Source: Botryllus schlosseri
Taxonomy: Eukaryota
Direction of reading: 5' to 3'
DNA: 64,000 nucleotides
NCBI GenBank assembly: GCA_051294905.1
Contig: CM119371.1
Location: 22,880,001 to 22,944,000 of the forward strand
The notes below the pieces were generated by a model. That model did no database searches. It was given only the letters and a program-made list of their open reading frames with translations, and was not told the origin of the DNA. Below, piece by piece: positions 27,033 to 38,800 of this stretch. The position numbers and the translations under genes are program-made. The stretch's first letter is position 1, and each line of letters opens with the position of its first letter.

Positions 27033-27415
27033 GCCAATTTACTAGTCTGGTCCTGGCAGCAGTTTTACGGCTCTGAGACCGGTAAATTTCAATATAAAAT
27101 TCCTGCAAATATTATAGACCGTAATTTAATTTTACAAAGACTGACTGTTAAATTTTTTACGGAAAATTCTCGTCACCTGATGCACCAGAAAACGGCTGTA
27201 ATACCAATTTACTAGTCTGGTCCAGTGCAGCAGTTTTACGTTCCTGAGACCAGTAAATTTGAAAAATGTTTTCCCGTATTTGAATTTTAAAAATACTGAC
27301 CGTAAATATTTTACGGGAAATTCCTGTAAATAAAAATAACGTGAAACAGCTGTAACACTAGATTACTGGTCTGGTCCAGTGCAGCAGTTTTACGTTCCTG
27401 AGACCAGTAAATTCG
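27033..27415 (+). repeat. Three ~55-bp direct repeats, probably subterminal repeats of a CAC-ended element starting at 27013
   Basis: Unit TTACT(A/G)GTCTGGTCC..GCAGCAGTTTTACG..CTGAGACC.GTAAATT at ~27033, ~27203 and ~27360; preceded by TA|CACCGTTAAAAA. Confidence 0.7.
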
Positions 27416-27760
27416 AGAACGCTTTTCCCGTATTTTCTTCATATTACTGTTTCCACTGAGTAACCACACGTTTACTTTCCTGTCGTAAATACACGACCCC
27501 AAATGACCACACTCTTGTAATCTTTCGGCAATTTTATTGGTCACTGCCAAATGCCAACCACAAATGGTTACTGCTTAATGCCAATCACATATAAAAGTCA
27601 TCATCAACTAGAAATCGGCTCGGGTTTATTATTTGGTAATTCATATCGACAACTAATTCATTTGCTGCTTGCTAAGATTTTATGTCTAGTATCACATTTC
27701 CAACGATCCGTTCTATACTTCGTTCTCCTTATATTGACATGAAGCTATATCCTGCTAGCC

Positions 27761-28141
27761 CAGTGGTTCCCAACGTGGGCGATATCTTCCCCCAGGGGGC
27801 GATTTGACGGTTTAGGGGGCGAAAATGACGAAGGGGGCGACAGGGGGGCGACAATGGACAAAGAGGGCGACGGGGGGCAAAAATAGCGAAGGGGGCGATA
27901 GGGGGGAGATGAAGCGTTAAAACGGCTGACATTCTTTTTTTTCTGTCAACCCACGGAAATTTAGTTACAAAAGTGTGTGTGTCAAATTAGACATCGAGCC
28001 GAGACTTTGACCTTTTTTTTAGTCAACCCGCCGGTGATTACAGTTTGTATGCCCATTTTTCGGTACACAAAATTTGGGGGGCAATGATCGGTGTTGATGT
28101 TGAAAAGGGGGCGATGGGTCGAAAAAGGTTGGGAACCACTT
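27761..28141. mobile_element. hAT MITE
   Basis: TIR CAGTGGTTCCCAAC/GTTGGGAACCACTT; perfect TSD TGCTAGCC; GGGGGCGA subterminal repeats. Confidence 0.88.
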
Positions 28142-29086
28142 TGCTAGCCAGAGCTTTATATTGAGACATTCATCAATTTTGGTGCGATTCCAGTATAGTC
28201 TTAGGGATTTTATTTTTCGCTGATTTCATATTCGACTATTGTTTGACTATGATTCAGATTTTAGTGACCAATCCTCATTGTAATATTTATATAAACCACA
28301 TGCGTGTTAATAACGTGATCAAATGTTATACGTATGTATACTGTACTATAGTGCCATGCTTGAATATTGGCTAGTTTATTGCTCCTTCGTAAATCACATG
28401 CATGGGATATATTTTGACACATTCCTTTCTCGTAATAACGCTCAGTGGCAACTGAATTTACTACATTGGGATTACCCACTTCTACCTATTCAATCGAGAT
28501 TACACCAGTGGTTCTCAACCATTTTGGCTTCGCGACACCATCTGAAAAAGAATTTTTGTTCGTGGAACCCTATCACTTCGAGTTTCCTGATTTGAAATAG
28601 AAGATGATGACAATAAAAGAAGACTACAAGATATTTCATGGTGGTGACTATACGAAGGTAATCATCTTCGACCAAAGCATAGTCACCTCCATCAGAATCT
28701 GGAGCTTAACAATGATATGACTGATCTCTGCAAACTCTCCTTAGTCACTATTATCGTAAATGTAACCATATGTCTTTGAATTTCCGTAATATACCTCATC
28801 TTTGCGGCGAACTTAGATAAGTCCGTTCGGCACCACGTTAGATATCCGGTGGATTCGATTATCGTGTGAGTCGATGAGATTAATAAATAAATATATCAAT
28901 TGATTGATTGAAATTGTGGGAATTTTATGACGGAAACATGCATAGCAGGTGAATTGGCGACGATATGACAACTCCCTTCAATCTTTACTAAATTTCTATA
29001 AACATAGCAGGACGAATTACGAAAGCGAGTTCTTTATTGTTTCTAATCAAATTTCAAAATGCGGAATATAAAGTAAACATAATACC

Positions 29087-29603
29087 TAGGGTTGCATTTA
29101 AAACAAAAATAAACTTGAAACAAACATGTTTAAAACATCTTTTTATTGTTTTTTTTTCTCTTCTTAATTTCCAGTCACGAATCTTTAATTGTGACGTCAC
29201 AGTGGATTACCATTGGAAAATGGAAAATATAAGATGAATATGGCTCCTTCCACCAAACGGGCTTCCGACCAACGCCATAACCAAACCAAAATTATCTTAA
29301 ACCAGGACTACATCGTTATACCGCATTTTTCCGGTGGCCTGTCATTATCATCAGAACAGAATTCCGTACCAATTATCTATATCTACTTGCTATAGCTGTC
29401 GAAACGACGATGCTTTCAAGGGTTCCAGTCCCTCCACATCGTATACGCCGACTATATTAGGTGAAATCGTCCGTATGGTCATACTAAAGGTTTTCTAAAA
29501 GTTTTTGCACAACTATATGGCATCATTATACAACGTTTGAAAAAAATGAAATTCTTCTTAAAGGCAATTGCTGTAAACACCGTTTGTTTTAAATGCAACC
29601 CGA
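29087..29603. mobile_element. hAT-like MITE (same family as 42878-43265)
   Basis: TIR GGGTTGCATTTAAAACAAA/TTTGTTTTAAATGCAACCC; TSD ATAATACC/ATAATCCG. Confidence 0.8.
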
Positions 29604-29816
29604 ATAATCCGATGCGTATAAGATAACTCACTAACAAAGGCTGAATTTTCAATATTACTGAGTGATCTTATCAGTCTATATACACTATACAGTTATACAC
29701 TATACATAGTATATACAGTATTACACACATATCAAATCCATGGAGGATTCCGGTTTCACAGTGTAAAAAAGCTATGGATAGCGCCATGAACGAAAGCAAC
29801 TAATGAAATGGAAATG

Positions 29817-32800
29817 CTATCTCATAGCGTCGGAAAATCTGAGTGCAGTTAGCACCAATAAAAAGATTTCGGCTATTGAGCTTCGATAAACGACAGCTTG
29901 GTTTCCCTGATGCCTTAAAGAATTCGCTGCGACTTGTTTCTCACCCTGTATCAGATCTTCGGAAAAATAGTCGTTCAACTGATCCAGCGATGTCAAGCTG
30001 TATTCATAATCGTCATCGTGCATCTCAGTAAGAGGTTCAGGGCAAGTTGTGTTCGCTGGCAAGAGGGGTGTTGAAGCCCGTGACTGGTCACATCCTGCTC
30101 TAAATTCAATCTCCTCTCCCAAATCCCTATCCAGGATGTACCTGTTTCTTGCATAACTTGGATTGGCGCATTTACCTTCCGGTATCGATACATATACGCC
30201 ACTGTCTTGTAAACTGCGAACTTCCCTCTACAGAATATAGACAAATGCAGTGAAGTTATATATATATATATTGATATTTATTTTACCTGGAATAGGACTG
30301 CGTCACATCGACATTCCCAATCATTCCCAGTCATGTCCATACTGATGTTGCTTCTTCGCAAGGTACGAGGGAGCCAGCGGTAGTTGAATTTCGTTAGGCT
30401 GTTGTTGCTGAGATTTATGTGTTGGAGATAGCTGGAAGTAAATGTGAAAAAAAGCATCAGTGAAACACTATCATACGCTATTTATTCACAATTTGTGGTC
30501 GCTAACGCTATCGCCGTGGCAATGCCTTTAGAACAGTCATATATTCGGCGGGTCAAAGTAATGGACCTTGTATGCATTTCGAAGAAACCTGATTTTGATT
30601 ACAGTCTGGTATAAATATCATCAATCTCGTAGAATAAGTCTCTAAATTCCATTGACAGTTGATTTTATAGAAGGTAACCAAGTTATATACTTTATATTTT
30701 TCACCATGAGTTTCAATTAATCAAATAATACCTCTAATACCTTCTTAAAACGATGAACATTTAATAGGATTACACAGGGGAACAGAATTTTTGTTGAGTT
30801 GGGCCCTACAATTTGTCGAATAACCCATGAAAATTACCACCATTCAAATACCTGTTTATTGTACGTAACGTTTTACGAACTACAAGCAATCACCGGAAGT
30901 AATTCGACGGCATTCAATAAAACATTTAGACTGCTCTATATTGCTTCTCCAATACAAATAAACTGCGAGTTTCAGGGTACAAATTTATGCTTGTAGCTCG
31001 TCAAGCTGTGGGTTATCTCGCTTGATACTCGTGTATAAGTCAGCTTACATATGTAAATTCCATATTCTCTTGAATATTCATGATCTTCAGATATTCGTGG
31101 ATACTTTCTCCGCGCTAACTACGCCAAGGCTTTTCGAGACGCAAGATGCTATGCAAAATATGTAATTTCTTACAAATGCTCATGTTTCAGACGAGTTCGT
31201 TGTAGCTTTCACTAATTTCTTAGAAATTTCGATATAATTAGTCGCCTGTGTATTCCCCAGAAACTGCATGATATGTTTTCAATGATAACCAGGTATTCCT
31301 TCCAATTCTGTTAACCCACTGAAATCGCTATGTGTGATGAGTTCACGAATTGCGTGGACCATCAATGCTACCAACCCTAATCTTTTGTATTGAGATGCCA
31401 TCGAAAGCCTAATGAAGGGATTGGATCAATTGTTTGCAGTTGATAATGCTGTCAGCAATTGCTTCGAGGGACGAGCTTTACATGCAACGGTGAGGAAATA
31501 ATTTTCTCTCTATCAATGAGTTGCCCATGAAGAATGTCGCGATCAAAAGGTTCGAAATCAAATCTCGGAGGCCAGCTCCTCAACACGAAGTGCTCTTCTC
31601 GATCTCTGCTCCTCCAGCTACACAAATTGCAGTGGTAGGCATAACTGTGTATGAGGTGTACCTGTGTAGTGCATATGCTTTGTATGCCCACGAACAAAAC
31701 ATAATATTTCAACGTCGACACTATTGATCCAATTGTGATTGTAATAAGTGGTGTACGTATGCATTGGTACATATTAGGGGTTCGTTGTGACTGCCATTAC
31801 TACTGCAATTACCAAATTTTCATTTTTATAAAGGGGCTCGTTAAACTCATCCTTCAGCCGGTAATGAACATTGGCATTTCGGCCGAGTTATAGATCGGAA
31901 TTACCAACTCCTTCACTTTTGCTTTACCTCCCGATGAAGGCGCGGCGCTCCGAAACTCCGTGTAAGAAATGGAGTTATATTTTCATTTACGAGTTAACGT
32001 TATCTAGGGTGTGTAAGCTACCAAGTAGGTATGGTGTGAACGTGAGGTTCACGTTCGCGTTCTGTGTGTGAACCTCGGAAATTTAGAGGTTCGCGTTCGC
32101 AACAGAACCTTGGTAGGTTCTGCACTGTGAACCTTTTTCAGATATTACAATTTTCACTTCATTATAACATCTTTGGTTCAAAATTGCAATCATTTCAACT
32201 GTGGGCCACTCTATGCATGGCGCTGGCAGCATTGAAAACCAACAGTAAACGAGCATGCACCTTGACAATATCTAAAGTTTTACTTGCGTTGTTGCAAAAG
32301 TTTGCTCGAAATATGCAGCGTTCCGTTAGTGAATATATTTAGTGACTCTCTGCTGTGAGCTTGACCCGCAATCACACAACATCACGAGCGAAATACGTAG
32401 TCAGGGAATGATGCTTTTTCAACCAATCAATTGGATTGATATCGTTTTCTGATGTAAAAATTCGAGATAGCGTACGGCAGTGGTTCCCAACCTTTTTCAT
32501 CTCGTACCTCCCTTGCCTGAAATTTAAGCCAAAATTCCCCCCTTACGATAAATCTGCCCGATGATTAAAAAAGATCATTTTTACCGCGCAAACACCTGTT
32601 GACTGAGAGAATAAGACGGGCTGTACCGAGTGTTTGTTTCTAACAGTGCTGTAATAACACTTTGCAGACCTCCAAAAACAATGGTCATGGTCGCAATCAA
32701 ACAAATTCTGGAAGGCTTGACTCGACAGACCCCCACACTTCCATTTGTGTTTTCGGCTTACCACCAATCGCTAAAACAACTGCTGTGAAAAATCAGTACG

Positions 32801-35800
32801 CATAAGTTTACTGGTCTCGCGATTTTTTTTCTCAAGCTGGCGTATGCATTTGGCCAATAATATTGGTACTTTCACATATGGCAGGGTTGACCAGACTCGA
32901 GTCTGACTCGAGTCACCATTTTCTGATGACTAGACTTGACTCGAGTCATTTTCTCAAAATGCGGAAACGACTCGACTCGAGACAATCTGGGTATTGACTC
33001 GACTTGGACTCGAGTCATTGTTCATGACTCTAACCAAGCCATATGACTCGAGACTATAAGACGGCCAAGACCGACATTTCATTGTAATTTCGAAGAACAG
33101 TAAAGTGACCACCCTATCGGAGTTTCGTCTAGTGATCTTGGTACTTGACAATGCGACAAGAAACTGCTCAGAGTGAGGAAAATTAGTATATCACATATCC
33201 AAATCATTCAATATCACCAAACAGTGTTGACTTGAGTGTGACTTGGACTCGGACTCGCGTCATAATACCATGACTCGGACTCTACCCTGTGGTCGGTGAC
33301 TTAGACTCGGACTTGACTCAATGGTGAATTGAAAGTGATTCGAATTGACTAGAGTCAAAATTATGAAAGTGAGATTGTTTTGTGACTCGGAGCCTCGGGA
33401 CTTGGTTACAGCATTGATACATAACGTACACGTGATCAGACTCCCTGCTGGAGCTCATTGAAATTTAGGACATCCATTACGTTTCGGCAACATTGCACCG
33501 AGTTTAACATGTCTTTTTTTCGATCAGGTTGCTCTTCACTAAAAATAAAGCAAGGCTAGCGATCTCTTTGACTTGAATCGATGACGTTGGAATGTTTTGT
33601 CACTGTCTGAAAATGTTGACTTGAAAATATAAAATATATATTTTCACTAGAGGCCTTGTTGTGATAGATTTAGCACGACATTTGCTCGCTTGGGATTCAT
33701 TTGATTGAGAGGCCGTCGCTGGCCTACAAAATTGCAGAAAATCTGAACTAGTTTAAAAAAGGGGGGATTTGTATGTGAAAAAGAGATTTAAAATATCATT
33801 TGAACATACTTTCAGCAAACAAAAAACAGGCATAAGGAGCATATGTTCGAATATAACTGGTTGACTACGTGACAGTTCGGACATGAACAATTTGGGATAT
33901 CCGTTACAATTCTAAAGTGGAATTCCTCCCTAAAAATTGCAAAATTCCCCCCAAGGGGGGAATTCCTCCCCCGTTGAGAACCACTGGCGTACGGGGTCAA
34001 TCTTGACTTTATATCTTTACTGCATCAGTAAAACCAAATCCGTGCGATTGAGGTGTTGGTTGCTGCTGTATAACTTCTTAATGGGATAATATCGGTAGCA
34101 AGTATAGAAACCCATTTTACACTCTGCTCAATATCAATGTATAGCAATACTCAGAGGCCGAATACATAGTCTGGTCTGGCCTAGACCGTTAATGGGTAAG
34201 CGTGGGCTATATTTCCTGGTAAGTCCTCGTCGAAATTGTTGGCAAAGCGACGGAAGATATTGATTTTATGGGAGTATTATATCCTTTGATTGCCTTGGTT
34301 GACACATTTAGCGACGGTTATAACGCCAATATGTACTTCACCATTGTTGCATTATGTGGCCAGAGTCGTCGCTTGGTATCGTGTACATTAATATAGGATA
34401 TCACTTCATTGAAAGATAGGGTTGGAATTAGCAATATGACGTCACGTGACGTCACGAGGTTCACGTTCACACAGAACCTTTCGAAAAGGTTCGCATTCAC
34501 ACGAACCTGAACCTTTTAGAGGTTCACACCATCCCTACTACCAAGGTCTTACAACCCCTCCAGTAAACTATTACTTACCACAAACTTTCAAAGGCATTCG
34601 CAGCAACTTCGCTGAGCCCATTGGAACTGAGGTCTATTTGATGTAACATCGGCAATTCACTCGGAGTCCACTGGGATATTCTGTTTGACGACAAGGTAAG
34701 TATCCGCAAACTCTTAAGCCCATGAAATATGCTTTCACTGATATTCGTCAATTGGTTTCCGTCGAGGTGGAGCATTTGCAACCGCGACAAGCCCTCAAAT
34801 GCCCGAGTATCGATTGAGTGGATGAGGTTTTCTGCGTGAAAATAAACCGCCTTTCAGTTGTAACTTAGGACTCATTCACAACCTATACATATACTTTATC
34901 TAACTAAAATCTTGTTTTATCGTCCATTTAAAAAGCAATCGATTATCTAAGACATTAACTACGATTACGCAAAACTACTGTAATCGTCGTTGTCGATTAA
35001 GATTAGGAATCACGATTATCTTCTGTCTTGCGGGAAATTAGAAAAAGCGAATAGTTAGTTCATTCTTTCAGCCGTGAGTCTTAGAGTCAGCTATCACCAG
35101 AATGTGCCAACAGAAGAGCTTCGTGTGTAATCTAATATTAGTACAATGAGCTTGAGCCATCTGTTCACTTGCGGATTATTGGAATTATTGCGTAGCGGTG
35201 ACGTCAATGTAATGATACGTCTGTTGACATACAATGCTATTTCCAATTCTATGTACCATAGCAGGGATCGGGAACTTTTTTAGACCGAAAAAACATACTG
35301 GATCAATATTTTCAATTGTAAGTCCAAAAGACCCTTACATTTAAATCAACTGTTACGTCGCAATTGACAATACGTGACGTATTGGTATCACTGTACTGAT
35401 ACATTGGATTCGTAGTGTGTGCCATATCTTCTCTGCTCATATGCATATAGGTGGAATCAAGCAAGGTCACTACAGCAACACATACCCACGGCAGGGTATG
35501 ATACGTCAGTCACGCGGGTTCAGGGTGGCAAGTGTTACGATGTCTCACATGACGCAAGGGATGAGTGAAGGAAAATTGTCAAAATTTCAATGGTTATTGG
35601 TATGTTCTATCGATATTCATGAAAGACTAGATATAGAACATTTTTACTCCCAAAATCACGAAAGTTTCGTATTTACTGTTCGAAAATAAAGCGAAAAAGA
35701 GGAAGGTAAGGCACAGGTGAGGCACAGACGGACTTAGCCTAGCCTGTGATATCGTGACTCATCGTAAATAGCCCATAATTTATAATCACTGATATCAATC

Positions 35801-38800
35801 GAATGTAACTGTCGCACTGATTCCGCAAATATACGTATTGATCGATTTCTCAAGTAGCCTATATTCGGCGTAACACAACGTTGCGCAACAAAAACCCATC
35901 TGAACGGCGGTACTATAGAAAGCTACTTATCAATCAAGAACATGGATAGCTTTAGCGTCGTTGTAATTTGAATTTATTTGTAATTGTGAATGTCACTCCC
36001 AATGAAGTTCATTTCTCGGCGTAGATGAGCAAGACAATGTGTATTTGAAAACTGCATTGTAATACAAGAGTTGATATGTCTGCTATTCTCAATGATCAAT
36101 CAAGGTATCGTGCAATGCAAGATTCGAGGCGCGCGATGTCGATTGGATAGAATTCGCGAGTGGTGTTATGTCGTCGGTGCGACAGCAACTTAAATCAGGG
36201 ATTTTGCAATATGGGGCGAGCTCCTAACCACGGATAGCCCCACTGTCTTCAACTCTTAAGTGTTCATGCTGCCACCAATGTTCCCTCTAGGCTGCGCACG
36301 TGCGCAAATGCGCAGTGCTCAACCGGTCTCTGCGCGCAGAAAATCTTGGCTGCGCACAAAAAATCCGTAGGGATGACTTTTTTCATTTTTTTAATTGTTG
36401 TTCTCCAAGGGACCGCGCAAGCGCGCAGACTCGTGAAAAATCAGAGGGAACATTGCCAGGGGCCAATAGTGTTATCGGTGAAGTCTGAAACCGAGGTACA
36501 AGTGAGGCCAGTAAAGGTAAATATTGCGCTCTGTGAAGAAATGATAATTTGCAATGACGTGCGCCTCACGAAAGAGATTTTTCTTTTAGTATGGTGTCGT
36601 ACGCGTGACGATACTGATATCATTTCAGTAGCACAATCTTTTCTGGGAATGGCGAAATAACATGGTTTAACTAAATAACAATGGGCTAGCGCGAAGTTAA
36701 TGTGTGAGAAACTAACGAATAGCCTTCTCCGTGTGGCATGACCATTGCGTAAGATTTACTGTACAATTACATGCCGTGAATTTTCGAAGTCATCACTTTC
36801 ATCAGGCAAATCTGATCACGTATGGTGAGATAGGATAATATGCAGAATATGCAAGTACAAGCCCCAACATTGTTGAAAAATCTATCCCCTTGCAAACGCT
36901 GATCTGGAAACGCTGCAACTGTGCACTGATATTATTCAATTCGTTTGAACGGGAGTTTTCTGTCGATAAGGCAATACCTAGGATTACCACATTTTGGAAA
37001 TCTGAAGAGGACATTTTTGCAATACCGGAGGAAAATACTGAAAAATGGTGAATTGTTCCCACTTAGTAGTCGCAGGGCCGTAACTGCCGCACCCCAAACC
37101 CCCCAATTTGGGGGGGAGGAGAGCTCGAAGGAGGCCCAAAATTATTTTGTGAATTAGCATAAATTACAGAGTATGTTTCAAAAATTTATGCAACTTTTCA
37201 AAAATTTTTCGCACTGCGCGCGATTTCAAGTCGTCAAATATCTTGATCATTGGGTACTCTTCCCCCAATAAAAAATATACGCTAGATTTATAGAAATGGG
37301 CATATCGGCGTTGACCATTACAGCGCCACGACAGACTAAGACAGGGGTGGGCAAACTACGGCCCGCGGGCCGCATGCGGCCCGCAACACCGTTTTGTGCG
37401 GCCCGCGAGAGTCTCATGAAACTTATGAAAAATATTGATAAAATGCGTACTAAAAATCTACATGGACTTAATTAAACTTTATCTTAATATATTTTACCAT
37501 GCTAATTCTAAATAAATACTTCATACATTATTTTATATATAATTTCAGGCGCGACAGCCCGACCTCAAGGCCCACGCATTTTAAAAGGTTTGAACTGCTA
37601 AATATCACAGAAATCCTAAACGGGATTGATATAATTCGGATCACGAGTGTGATTTCAGATTGGCCACTCCAGCAACGTTCATTAATTTTAGTGCTGTGCT
37701 TGGAGAAAACGATTCGCGGGTGTATTCGGTAGATTCGTTCTCTGTATGCGTAAAACAGGTGTGGGCAACCTGAGGCCGTAGGAAATTTGTGCAGCCGTGG
37801 ACACGGAATTCAATTAGCATGTGTTGGCGACCGTAGACATGCAATTTGAATTGACGAATTTATACCTTGCCCTAAATTCTCGAAATCACCCCCTCCATCA
37901 ACTCTACTGGTGAATCTGATCACACGGGATGAGAAAGGTTAAAGTTCGATAGTAATATGTAAAACTACAAATATTATTGAAGAAATTAATTAGTGAATCT
38001 GAAAAATTTTTCGCGCTTCGCGTGAATATGTACGGTTACCGTTTAGTGTGCCCACTCGCAATTTCGGTTCGTATAGTAAGCCTTAAATAGACGAGTCCGG
38101 AGTTCACCGGAAATAGACATATGCACTGTAACATGGTTATTTGGCGCCCAGCTCGTTCGTAACCGATATGCCCAGGAATGCAGCCGTAGGCTACATCAGT
38201 AGTCGAATTGCGTCCGTGAAGGGCTAAAAGGTTGGCCACCTCTGGCGTAAAAGTAGGCTTTTTATATGTTATCTACATGTAGAAGAAGCGTGTTTGAAGC
38301 TAACATGGTTTTGATGCTGTCAATATGTGTGTCCGGGAACTGACCGAAAAGTGGAATTAGCAAATGTATGAACAGATAGCTGCTTACGCCGACTTTCATC
38401 CCTATAGTTTTGACAAATTGGTTTTTTGAGGTCGCGATCAGCTTATAAAGTCCTGCCACTGTTTTTGGCGCGTGTACGATTTCGTCAAAGCAATGTTTGT
38501 TTGGTTTTAAATAAGATATAGATTATCTCCATGTCCTCGCTATATAATCAAATACCAATATTGAGTTTTGGTTTAGAATCCCAATTTTATATAGTGCGGC
38601 CCGCGAATGGATCCAGATGTTGAATGCGGCCCGCGAGCTCAAAAGTTCGCCCACCCCTGGACTAAGACATATAAAGTTTTAGGCCATGTAACATGCGATT
38701 CCAAGAAGTGTGCCAGAACGATCGGCAGCGAGAAAACCTTGGCCGTAAAGGACTGCCCTATGCTGACCGAAAACTTCGTTATATATACAAAATTCATATA

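Noticed and set aside
27033..27415. Spaced direct repeats resembling a CRISPR array
   Set aside because: Only three imperfect ~55-bp units with long, partly similar spacers, in eukaryotic context with no cas genes; fits transposon subterminal repeats.
27013..29763. Single large CAC..GTG element between MGAT5 and LRR gene A
   Set aside because: The putative right TIR matches the left only weakly, so the boundary is unsupported.
31280..31772. Extra exon or LRR cassette in LRR gene A (SDFSGLTELE fragment; phase-compatible acceptor near 31617)
   Set aside because: Inclusion leads to a stop at 31452 with non-LRR sequence, whereas direct splicing of 34579 to 30431 gives a clean LRR. One weak motif does not support a cassette system.
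32882..33416. GACTCGAGTC arrays as a regulatory site cluster
   Set aside because: They are subterminal repeats of a MITE family with three copies in this window.
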